Source: a virus
Taxonomy: Duplodnaviria > Heunggongvirae > Uroviricota > Caudoviricetes
Reading direction: 5' to 3' (one strand)
IMG/VR virus record: IMGVR_UViG_3300017560_000307
DNA: 22,008 bases
Of this stretch, positions 1-7,721 are shown piece after piece. The translations under genes were made by a program, and so were the position numbers. The notes under the pieces were generated by a model. The model saw nothing but the letters and a program-made list of their open reading frames with translations. It searched no databases and was not told the origin of the DNA. The first letter of the stretch is position 1. Each line of letters starts with the position of its first letter.

Positions 1-2
1 AG

Positions 3-596
3 CAGCACCGTGTCCGAATCCAGGACTTCACAGATGTTCCCCTTGAGGAGTGTATCAAGCGCGATCTGAAGCGTGAGAAGTCAGTGGGCGAGAAGGTCAT
101 ACGGGACATGCATAGCCAGTTTCTGGCACCGAAGGCGGAGGTGGTTGAATACAATCTCGACCTTCCAGAGGCAATCGTTTGCGATTTAGATGGGACTTTG
201 GCGCTACTGAACGGCCGTAACCCCTACGACGCGTCGACTTGCGACCAAGACTTGTTCAACAGACCCGTTTGGGACATCGTCTCTGGAGCAGCCCGAACTA
301 ATACTCAAGGGGACTTCGGCCGAGCTCTCTTCCTGGTGTCCGGAAGACCCGAAACACATCGTGAGCCTACAGAGAGATTCCTGCAGAATCACAGTGTCTT
401 TTACAGCCGCCTCTATATGCGTGGATCAGATGACCGTCGGCAGGACGTCGACGTCAAGAGAGACATCTACAACGAGCATATCAAAGGGAAATACAACGTG
501 ATGGCCGTCTTCGACGATCGCCTACAAGTCTGCCGACTATGGCACTCCCTTGGACTACCGTTGTTCCGGGTGGGGAATCCTGATGATGACTTCTAA
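3..596 (+). CDS. pseT: T4 PseT-like polynucleotide 5'-kinase/3'-phosphatase, 5' truncated by window edge
   Basis: Frame is open from base 3 (QHRVRIQDFTDVPLEECIKRDLKREKSVGEKVIRDM, typical end of the PNK kinase domain). It continues into a HAD phosphatase: CDLDGT motif I, VSGR motif II, VFDDR motif IV. Confidence 0.9.
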   Translation, partial: QHRVRIQDFTDVPLEECIKRDLKREKSVGEKVIRDMHSQFLAPKAEVVEYNLDLPEAIVCDLDGTLALLNGRNPYDASTCDQDLFNRPVWDIVSGAARTNTQGDFGRALFLVSGRPETHREPTERFLQNHSVFYSRLYMRGSDDRRQDVDVKRDIYNEHIKGKYNVMAVFDDRLQVCRLWHSLGLPLFRVGNPDDDF

Positions 597-861
597 GATC
601 CCTCCACACATAACTAGAGAAGACAGGTGGGATATCCTGGATAAGCTTACTGCTCTGATTCTGCTGGACTTCGGCGCAAAGTCGGCGGGAGAGCAATTCA
701 ATCCACTCGATCCAGGAGATATGGCACGTCATGGATTGGCGGAGATCGCTGCAGCCTATATCCAGTTCATGGACGTAGATGAAGCGGCTGATCAGATACT
801 GAGTGATTACCAGGGTGGGGACCCAGATATTGAGAATATTGTCCCTCTGGTAGATTCATAA
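583..861 (+). CDS. hypothetical protein
   Basis: ATG at 583 overlaps the end of pseT; acidic helical 92-aa product; start shortened from the ORF track. Confidence 0.65.
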   Translation: MMTSKIPPHITREDRWDILDKLTALILLDFGAKSAGEQFNPLDPGDMARHGLAEIAAAYIQFMDVDEAADQILSDYQGGDPDIENIVPLVDS

Positions 862-1255
862 GTGATACTCCGCCTACAGGCACTAATCTTGCATTAGTTT
901 AGGTGTGGAGTACCGGAGCCAATCGTTGCGTACCCCAGCAAATGTGCCTGGTGCTCCATTTCTCTGTGATTGGGCAAGATAAAGGCGACACTGGTAGGAT
1001 TCCTGCGCTGGGGGATCATCATCCCCATATACTGGGGAGTTCTCATGTCTGTGCACGGCGCGCGTCACCGGAATAGGCATGAGGCAGCGATGGGATCCGG
1101 GGCACGCCGATCAAGCCCCTCGGTGTGGTCTGGATCTCATTGGCTGATCGACAAAGTCCTCACCTTGGGTAAGTCTGATACCATAGGAGTGCCTCTCCTT
1201 CAGTACGGATAGGACGGCCCCGCATCCCCAGACCTAGTCTGGGGATGTCTTTGTC
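862..1255 (+). ncRNA. candidate large structured non-coding RNA (unassigned)
   Basis: No credible CDS. Helices read directly: 906-916/948-958, 919-925/967-973, 933-939/1007-1013, 1022-1027/1033-1038, 1041-1052/1073-1084, 1085-1110/1120-1146, 1156-1160/1211-1215. Many G-U pairs; ends in a terminator. Confidence 0.5.
1223..1255 (+). terminator. intrinsic terminator
   Basis: CATCCCCAGAC-CTA-GTCTGGGGATG perfect 11-bp stem followed by TCTTTGTC. Confidence 0.75.
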
Positions 1256-1412
1256 TGCGTCGCTGATATTTCCCCTTGTTGTAGTACCCAATGAATTCCA
1301 GGCTATGAACTTTGAGGCACGCTCGATACTGTTTGAAACGCAGGTAATAGATTCCCGTTAGAGTGATAGACTATTCAGATATATTCGAGAAGAATCCAGG
1401 GAGATACAGACA

Positions 1413-1676
1413 ATGGCTATAAAGTTCATCGATCCAAGTGAAGCACCAGCGCCTCCAGCGAATACCATTGCGACTAACCCGTACTACACCGAGGTCATTC
1501 AAACACTTCCGGATGATAAGGTTGCGGTTGTGGATATTCCTGAGGGGAAAACGGTACGTGGGGCTAAGGTTTCCTTGGGCCGGATCGCCTCATCATTTGG
1601 TATCCGGGTAATGGTGTGGACTGCTGAAGATGATGAGTCCAAGGTATATGTCCAGAAGATAGGTGAGAAGAGCTAG
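1413..1676 (+). CDS. small hypothetical protein (possibly DNA-binding)
   Basis: SD-like AGGGAG upstream, 87 aa, own terminator downstream. Confidence 0.75.
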   Translation: MAIKFIDPSEAPAPPANTIATNPYYTEVIQTLPDDKVAVVDIPEGKTVRGAKVSLGRIASSFGIRVMVWTAEDDESKVYVQKIGEKS

Positions 1677-1704
1677 AAGTCGAAAAATCGAAGAGATAGG
1701 ATTG

Positions 1705-1734
1705 GAGGTTGGATGTATATCCAGCCTCTTTTCT
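1705..1734 (+). terminator. intrinsic terminator
   Basis: GAGGTTGGAT-GTAT-ATCCAGCCTC stem followed by TTTTCT. Confidence 0.75.
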
Positions 1735-1739
1735 GTGTG

Positions 1740-1768
1740 TTGACATATGTATTTCAAGAGCGTATAAG
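1740..1768 (+). promoter_or_regulatory. sigma70-like promoter
   Basis: TTGACA-17 nt-TATAAG directly after a terminator. Confidence 0.75.
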
Positions 1769-1791
1769 GGAGCTATTAGCGAAAGGGATAT

Positions 1792-1866
1792 ATGTTTTGG
1801 TTGATACTCGCGATATTGGTTATTGCAGCTTTTGTAATTTCCGATCACATGGATAGTGATGAATAG
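1792..1866 (+). CDS. 24-aa single-TM microprotein (MFWLILAILVIAAFVISDHMDSDE)
   Basis: SD GAAAGGGA, first ORF after the promoter, hydrophobic helix plus acidic tail; below the ORF-track cutoff. Confidence 0.55.
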   Translation: MFWLILAILVIAAFVISDHMDSDE

Positions 1867-1873
1867 GAGATAG

Positions 1874-2110
1874 ATGAATCAAGATGATAACCAAACGACC
1901 CAGTTAGGCTGTCTACTACTCTGTGTGACACTTAGCATTACCCTATCCGTCCCACTCTTGCTCTATAGCTGGATCTTCGGTAGCGAATTCGCCGGCAAGC
2001 TAGGCGCTTTCCTCTGGCTTTGGCCTATTGGCACCTTAGTCCTATTGAAACTGTCAGGTTTGCTTGTGAGCTTGGCGGTGTGGCTGCTTGATGGTGATCG
2101 GGATGGCTAA
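1874..2110 (+). CDS. small membrane protein
   Basis: SD AGGAGA; two long hydrophobic segments. Confidence 0.7.
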   Translation: MNQDDNQTTQLGCLLLCVTLSITLSVPLLLYSWIFGSEFAGKLGAFLWLWPIGTLVLLKLSGLLVSLAVWLLDGDRDG

Positions 2111-2681
2111 GACGAGACGCTACAGCCCCGATAGATGGGATGATGGCTTCCAAAGTAGGACACATCACCTGCCAGTAAAGAAAAGGCCGTTTAACACGCC
2201 TGTGTCCATTCGGTTGATCGACTACCGCGTCTATTGCAACTCGCCCCACTGGATCGGTCTTCGTACTCGTTTGTTTGCCGAACGTGGCGGGTGTGAAGCT
2301 TGTGGATATGCCAGGAAACTGACCCTTCATCACCTGCGTTATACCCGTCGTGGTGAATCTATTCTATGGAAGGAGTGCGACGAGGATCTGATGGTGTTGT
2401 GCTGGGAATGTCACCAGGCATGGGAGACTTACTGCAAGGGGCACCAGCTCAATGAGACGGTGAAGCAGCGACTGCAGGACTTGTTTGCTCTCGGTTTGGA
2501 ACGAGATATTATCTATCCGGCGGTAATCGCCGCGAACTTCTCTCAGCTATATGCTGGCTATGTTCAGGAACGAAATAGGCGAGAAGCAGAGCGCAAACAG
2601 TCGAGGCTGAAATGGCAGCAACCTTTGATCGAGCGCATGTGTGCTGTTTTGCTATCAGAAGTAGGCATTAGCCAGTCCTAA
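2103..2681 (+). CDS. HNH endonuclease
   Basis: CEACG...LTLHHLRY...DLMVLCWECH zinc-binding HNH pattern; ATG 2103 overlaps the upstream gene end. Confidence 0.8.
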   Translation: MAKTRRYSPDRWDDGFQSRTHHLPVKKRPFNTPVSIRLIDYRVYCNSPHWIGLRTRLFAERGGCEACGYARKLTLHHLRYTRRGESILWKECDEDLMVLCWECHQAWETYCKGHQLNETVKQRLQDLFALGLERDIIYPAVIAANFSQLYAGYVQERNRREAERKQSRLKWQQPLIERMCAVLLSEVGISQS

Positions 2682-2686
2682 TAGCC

Positions 2687-3421
2687 ATGCTTGAACCTAT
2701 ATATATTCCCCGATTCCATAACCAGTTTCCAACAAAGAACCACTACCTGGCGTGGCGGGGATTCGATAGTCTAGGTCATGAAATCCACTTTTTCGAGGAC
2801 AGTCAATTGAGATTTGACTTGCCTCCTGATGCAATTGTTATCGGCGGTGTGGTTGAGGTAGAGAGAGCTTTCAAGAAATTATCCATACAATACTCCGGCC
2901 TAGAGGCGATTCCCGCGGAGTTACTTCCTTTTGCTGGCCGAAGGCTATGGAAGTCAACGATAGATGATGTCATAGATTTGACCTCTGCTGAGTCCTTCCA
3001 GCCAATCTTCGTCAAGCCTCTTCCAGATCAGCACAAACTCTTCCCTGGGAAAGTGATAAGCAATAGATTTGACACCCTTGTTTTTCTCCACGCAGATAGT
3101 GCCACTCCGGTCTTGTGTAGTGAAGTCGTGCAGTTTGGATCTGAGTGGCGAGTGTTCATTCACCACCACCAGATCGTCAATATCAGCCATTACCTCGGAA
3201 CCCCAACTATCTTTCCCGATGTTTTGAAGATCGAGCAAATGATCGACACCTACACAGATCAACCGGTGGCCTTCTCTCTGGACGTCGGTGTGATTGCGAG
3301 TGGCGAGACCCTTCCTGTGGAAGTAAATGACTGTATTGCTTTGGGTGCCTATGGCCTAAGGTCTGTGAGATATGCCCAGATGATTAGGGATAGGTGGAGA
3401 GAGATGAGGAATAACCAATAG
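2687..3421 (+). CDS. ATP-grasp protein, DUF4343/R2K-like
   Basis: IFVKP, SEVVQFGSEWRVF, FSLDVG and LPVEVND motifs typical of stand-alone phage/bacterial DUF4343 ATP-grasp proteins. Confidence 0.8.
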   Translation: MLEPIYIPRFHNQFPTKNHYLAWRGFDSLGHEIHFFEDSQLRFDLPPDAIVIGGVVEVERAFKKLSIQYSGLEAIPAELLPFAGRRLWKSTIDDVIDLTSAESFQPIFVKPLPDQHKLFPGKVISNRFDTLVFLHADSATPVLCSEVVQFGSEWRVFIHHHQIVNISHYLGTPTIFPDVLKIEQMIDTYTDQPVAFSLDVGVIASGETLPVEVNDCIALGAYGLRSVRYAQMIRDRWREMRNNQ

Positions 3422-3428
3422 TCGGTTA

Positions 3429-3457
3429 TTGACAGATATATAGTAAGTGTGTATAAG
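3429..3457 (+). promoter_or_regulatory. sigma70-like promoter
   Basis: TTGACA-17 nt-TATAAG; SD AGAGGA before ATG 3488. Confidence 0.75.
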
Positions 3458-3487
3458 ATAGATATTACCTAGAGGACATATTTATCT

Positions 3488-4354
3488 ATGAAACTCTCAT
3501 TGCCCAGTCGGTCTAAAGGCCGACCTAGAAGGAATGCACCTGAGATACGGCGTACTATCATATCTGGCGACTGGCACATCCCAGAAGTAGATATTCCCAC
3601 ATACCGTGCCTTCCTCAATTTCATGCGTCATAAGCGCCCCGACTACCATATAATCAATGGTGATTTTATTGATGCTTATGAGCTCTCGAAGTTCGACAAG
3701 GATCCCGCCCGGCTTGGCCAGACTGCTGAGGAGTTGGGGATGGCGAAGCGAATCTTGGATGAGTTGGCGGAAGCTTCTCCCAACACAATTACCAAATTTC
3801 TCTATGGAAATCACTCTGATCGAATCAGACAGCGAATCCTCGAACATCCAGAGCTGCTTCCGTTTATGACTAAGTCAAAGGACCCCAACTCTGTGTTGGC
3901 TGAGGCCCTCAGCCTAAAAGAGCGGGGTATCGAGTGGTTTTCTTACCCAGATGTGTACAGTCATTTTGGATTTGATATCCAGCACGGTGGCAAAGGGTTA
4001 GGTGGTGGAGGCCAAAACCCTTCCAAGAGTGCTGCGGAGAAGGCTGGGGGGCCGGGTGTGCAGGGGCACTGGCATCGCGAGCGAGTCTGGCAAGTTGTCA
4101 ACCGCAGGACAGACTACAAGTTCTACACGCTTGGTGTTATGTGCCGTCTTAACCCAACCTATCTTCCCTTTAACGACTGGAGCCACTCATTTGGTTACCT
4201 TGAGCAACAGGTGGGGGCCGATCGACATGTATTTCACTCTATCCAAGTCGAAAAGGGGGAGTTCATGTTTGATGGGTACTTCTATAACCAGGATGGCGTA
4301 TTCGAATCTAAGCAGAAAGACTATAAAACCAGGACGAATCAAGGAGATATATGA
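3488..4354 (+). CDS. calcineurin-like metallophosphoesterase
   Basis: All five motifs present: GDWH, NGDFID, GNHS, QHG, GHWHR. Confidence 0.88.
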   Translation: MKLSLPSRSKGRPRRNAPEIRRTIISGDWHIPEVDIPTYRAFLNFMRHKRPDYHIINGDFIDAYELSKFDKDPARLGQTAEELGMAKRILDELAEASPNTITKFLYGNHSDRIRQRILEHPELLPFMTKSKDPNSVLAEALSLKERGIEWFSYPDVYSHFGFDIQHGGKGLGGGGQNPSKSAAEKAGGPGVQGHWHRERVWQVVNRRTDYKFYTLGVMCRLNPTYLPFNDWSHSFGYLEQQVGADRHVFHSIQVEKGEFMFDGYFYNQDGVFESKQKDYKTRTNQGDI

Positions 4355-4758
4355 CCAGAGAAGAGGCAAATAAACACCAACGAGAGTACCGCATACGAAC
4401 GGGAAATCTGAGTACTAAGAAGTATGAAAAGACCAGATCAGGCTTCCTGATGCGTGCCTATCGCAATATGGAGTCAAGAGTCACTGGGGTCCAGAAAGCC
4501 AAGTACCACCTCTATAAGGGTAAGGAACTGCTGGCGCGAGAAGCATTTTACGCATGGGCCATCGACCAGTGGCCGTTCTATGAGTTGTGGCTTGCCTATG
4601 AGCGATCCGGTTATGACCGAAAGCTCTGTCCATCTGTTAACCGTATCAATTCGGACCGCGGTTATACAGTGGATAACATGGAGTGGATCACACACTCCGA
4701 GAACTCACGCTTGGGATCTATTAATGCTAATCATTCCCGTCGTGGCATATCCCTATGA
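4351..4758 (+). CDS. HNH-like endonuclease
   Basis: PSVNRINSDRGYTVDNMEWITHSENSR is a degenerate HNH motif common in phage homing nucleases. Confidence 0.7.
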   Translation: MTREEANKHQREYRIRTGNLSTKKYEKTRSGFLMRAYRNMESRVTGVQKAKYHLYKGKELLAREAFYAWAIDQWPFYELWLAYERSGYDRKLCPSVNRINSDRGYTVDNMEWITHSENSRLGSINANHSRRGISL

Positions 4759-4979
4759 CCAAAGAAGAGAGAGCAGACCTTTGCCGGCGTATCGGCTGCC
4801 TGGGCGGCAAAGTCACGGCCGAGAGGCATGGCTATGAACACTTCTCCAGGATCGGGACCAAGGGTGGCACCGCCTGGTTGGAGAAGTACGGCAGACAGGG
4901 ATTCCGAGATCTAGGCAAGATGAGCGCAGCATCCAAGGCTGCGAGAAAAGAGGCGAATGACCAGACCAATAAAATATAG
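4755..4979 (+). CDS. KGG-repeat (GsiB/YciG-like) stress protein
   Basis: Repeats RIGCLGG..TAERHG.EHFSRIGTKGG..WLEKYG..GFRDLGKM match the KGG repeat pattern. Confidence 0.7.
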   Translation: MTKEERADLCRRIGCLGGKVTAERHGYEHFSRIGTKGGTAWLEKYGRQGFRDLGKMSAASKAARKEANDQTNKI

Positions 4980-5343
4980 AGTCAGAGAACTTGCCAGTCA
5001 TGAAGTTATTGGCTATGAGGCGTTGATCGACGGCCAATGGAGATACCGAATCGAGGGCTCTCACTGGATGATCGGGGTTTTTACACTTCCCGGGCTCATT
5101 CGTGAGCAGTACACAGGGCTTGTGGATTCGACCAAGAGAATGATCTACGAGTCGGATGTCGTCGAGCACACTCTCTACTCACCGTCAGAGGTCTTCTTTA
5201 GAGATGGCTCATTCTGCACAGACCTAGATCGTCGTATCTATCTGGAGCTGAGTCAAAATAGCTTTGGAATGGAGAGCTATACCGTCATCGGCGATATACA
5301 CCAGAACCCCGAACTCCTAAACCCCACCCATGGAACTCTCTAA
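4957..5343 (+). CDS. YopX family protein
   Basis: IKYR N-terminus, EQYTGLVDSTKRMIYESDVV, and C-terminal VIGDIHQNPELL. Confidence 0.85.
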   Translation: MTRPIKYRVRELASHEVIGYEALIDGQWRYRIEGSHWMIGVFTLPGLIREQYTGLVDSTKRMIYESDVVEHTLYSPSEVFFRDGSFCTDLDRRIYLELSQNSFGMESYTVIGDIHQNPELLNPTHGTL

Positions 5344-5569
5344 GAAACTTCAAAACATCACCCCCACCAAACTCTCATCCGCCTACTGGGTTTGCCGGGA
5401 ATGTGGCGAACACTTCGGCCAGCAGTCAGTCCATACCAAAAACATTCGCTGGATAGGGATGGGATCCGATGAAAGCCCAGACTTGAGAACCCGCTGTTCC
5501 GTCTGTGGCCACCTCGCTCAAGTCACTGAGAAGCGCAACTTCAACATGCTTCAAAAGGGAAAACGCTAG
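5330..5569 (+). CDS. small Zn-finger hypothetical protein
   Basis: CRECG and CSVCG pairs; overlaps the upstream gene. Confidence 0.7.
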   Translation: MELSKKLQNITPTKLSSAYWVCRECGEHFGQQSVHTKNIRWIGMGSDESPDLRTRCSVCGHLAQVTEKRNFNMLQKGKR

Positions 5570-5697
5570 CGGGTCACGCCATAGCCTGAAGCCTCTGCTC
5601 AGCCCTCTCATATCTCTCTATCCTGCGTCATGCGATAGAATCGGCCTCACAACAGTGATAACTCTCAGCCACCCACTGCGGGAATGTAACGGCATTG

Positions 5698-5726
5698 TTG
5701 ACATAACTATACAAGACAGTTATACT
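5698..5726 (+). promoter_or_regulatory. sigma70-like promoter, probably giving a leaderless mRNA
   Basis: TTGACA-17 nt-TATACT; ATG 5734 lies 7 nt after the -10 box with no SD. Confidence 0.7.
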
Positions 5727-5733
5727 ATGATAT

Positions 5734-6240
5734 ATGTCTCAACTTATAGCACTAACTGGAAAATACGGACGAGGACGATACACGATAGTCGATGATATTG
5801 ATTATACATATCTGAGACTATTTCGATGGCACCTTACCGAAGATGGATACGCTGAAAGATCTCCTGTGGGTGCGAGAAAGATGCATAGGTTCATACTCAA
5901 TGCGGATGATGGACAAATAGTAGATCATATAAACGGTGATAAGATAGATAATAGAAGGTGTAATTTAAGAATAGCAAGTGCAAGTGGCAATGTTGTAAAT
6001 AGAGGTATCAATAAGAACAATACATCGGGAGAGCGTGGTGTGTCTTTTGATAAAAGGAGAGCCAAGTGGCGTGCTGAAATTAGGTCTAATAGTAAGAAAA
6101 AATTTCTTGGAGAATTTGAGACAGTAGAACTTGCAGCTGAGTCCTATCGCTCAGCATCTATACACCTCCACGGTGAATTCTCTCCTATTCTGTCTAGAAA
6201 TCAGGACAGGGTTATAATGAAGACAATTATAATAGATTAG
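5734..6240 (+). CDS. HNH-AP2 homing endonuclease
   Basis: MHRFIL..VDHINGDKIDNRRCNLR HNH motif, then NTSGERGVSFDKRRAKWRAEI..FLGEFET..AA.SY AP2 domain; AT-rich. Confidence 0.92.
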   Translation: MSQLIALTGKYGRGRYTIVDDIDYTYLRLFRWHLTEDGYAERSPVGARKMHRFILNADDGQIVDHINGDKIDNRRCNLRIASASGNVVNRGINKNNTSGERGVSFDKRRAKWRAEIRSNSKKKFLGEFETVELAAESYRSASIHLHGEFSPILSRNQDRVIMKTIIID

Positions 6241-6263
6241 ACCAACCTGACTTAGCCATGACC

Positions 6264-6293
6264 AGCCCCAGAGTAATGCCCCCGGGGCTTTTG
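6264..6293. terminator. terminator between convergent genes
   Basis: AGCCCC/GGGGCT stem with TTTT on the + strand; extends to 10 bp with G-U pairs on the - strand. Confidence 0.5.
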
Positions 6294-6297
6294 ATGC

Positions 6298-7132
6298 CTA
6301 CATCCGCTGCATGGCTTCCTCTGTCGCCTTGTTCCGTGCCGTGATCTGGATAATCGTGAATTGGGTTCCTATCACCTGGCTGACAGTCTCATACAGCTGC
6401 AGGGGTCCTGCCGTCGGGTGGATAAAATCCTTCTCTTGAATCCTCTTCATTTCCGGGAGTGCCGTCGGCCACATCTTGGCGAACTCCGGGAACTTCTTCT
6501 GTAAGTCCTCAACGAGGTCCTGAATTACCCGCCGGTGGGATGGTGTATTGCTAATCATCATGCGCACTCCTCCCAGGAGATTCCGGGCATTCCTTTCCCA
6601 ATCTACCCACATCGTTCGCATCTGTGGAATGGCGAACATAGAGACTGTGACGTTGCGTATCTCTAATGGAAGGAGTGAGAAGTCCCCCATCATCCTGGAC
6701 ATCGCGTCGTTCCAATAGATGACGTCGAATCGTGGCGTGATGATAACCGCGGGATTTGTTTCTGCTTGATCGACGATAGCGCGGATGAACGCTGGAACTT
6801 CAGGGTAAAGCTCAACAGGCGTCTCTGTAGGGGGGCTCCAGGAGGTTGATCACGTAGTTCTCAATGTCATCGGATAGCTCGAGTGCCTGGCATAGCCGGC
6901 GCAGGATGGGAGCATTGATATTCTGATACCGCCCCGCTTCGACCTGGCCAACCAGCATGACTGAGACTTCAGCCTTGTCCGCCAGCTCCTGCTGAGTGAG
7001 GTAGGGGCGATGCCTCTTACGGTTGGATTTGTAGAAATCAGGGGCCTTGGTATTCATGCGCTGTTGTCGTAAGAAGGCACCAATCTCACGATTCTCAAAA
7101 GTTGAAACGTCCTTCACACCCGCCCCTATCAT
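6298..7132 (-). pseudogene. Xre-HTH + MmyB-like PAS domain regulator split by a +1 frameshift
   Basis: HTH half: NREIGAFLRQQR..LTQQELADKAEVS. After removing one base from the G6 run at 6830-6835 it continues in frame into EVPAFIRAIVDQAETNPAVIITPRFDVIYWNDAM..FIHPTAGPLQL, the MmyB ligand-binding-like domain. Confidence 0.82.
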
Positions 7133-7437
7133 CTTTCCACCAAAGAGAAGTCTGTAGAAAACCTCTCTGTTATTTATGCTCATTGGTGAATATCGTAGGG
7201 ACATCACCAATTTCATTGGTGGACACGCTCCACGTGTCGACTCCACTCCCTCCCTCCCGATCGTCCCCCAGCTTGAAGGGGAGGAGGGGTGAAGTCTTCC
7301 CCTCAATATGCCACCTCGTGCAGAGTCCTGGAAGGGCATATTCCCCCTCTCCATCTGACGAGCCTTCAGACTACTCCCAAGCATGTGCTACAGGGGCGGT
7401 GGATAGCCTCTAGATCACATGGCCAGGGTTAAGTATA

Positions 7438-7466
7438 TTGACATATTATAAAACCAAGTGTATGAT
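7438..7466 (+). promoter_or_regulatory. sigma70-like promoter
   Basis: TTGACA-17 nt-TATGAT; an overlapping - strand TATAAT at 7445-7450 may be a divergent promoter. Confidence 0.75.
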
Positions 7467-7562
7467 ATCTCTATCATCAAAAGGTGCATATAAATGAACC
7501 AAGCGGGTGCAAATGTCTGCCCCAGCTAGTTTGACTACACGCCTACGGGCGGAAGGAGGAGC

Positions 7563-7721
7563 GTGACAAAACCAATAATCGACAACATCATCTTCCGTCG
7601 ATCCGAATATGGATGGCTTGTGACATGGACCCAGGATGGATCCCTGCGATATAAGGAAGTCCAGTACAAATGGGACCTAGACAATCTAACCTCTCATTTA
7701 TTTGAGGAGGCCGATGTTTAG
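7563..7721 (+). CDS. 52-aa hypothetical protein (MTKPIIDNIIFRRSEYGWLVTW...)
   Basis: Strong SD AAGGAGG before GTG; stop overlaps the next start; missed by the ORF track. Confidence 0.7.
   Translation: MTKPIIDNIIFRRSEYGWLVTWTQDGSLRYKEVQYKWDLDNLTSHLFEEADV

Noticed and set aside
906-958. tRNA- or tmRNA-like acceptor stem ending ...CTCCA
   Set aside because: Only about 52 nt, no TTC T-loop or D-loop consensus, and no G3-U70 pair.
970-1212. 80-aa ORF from the track as a real CDS
   Set aside because: TTG start without SD, no recognisable features, and it lies wholly within the densely paired candidate RNA.
862-1255. RNase P, SRP, hammerhead, HDV or group I/II identity for the structured region
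   Set aside because: Conserved cores (GAGGAAAGUCC, SRP helix 8, CUGAnGA/GAAA, HDV P1.1/P4 order, intron P7 or domain V) are not found by eye on either strand.
5570-6297. Group I intron housing the HNH-AP2 gene
   Set aside because: No interrupted host gene and no P7 elements; the gene has its own promoter and terminator.
7133-7384. N-terminal extension of the Xre ORF as given in the track
   Set aside because: Family similarity begins at NREIGAFLR; the extension is low-complexity and covers the inverted-repeat region.
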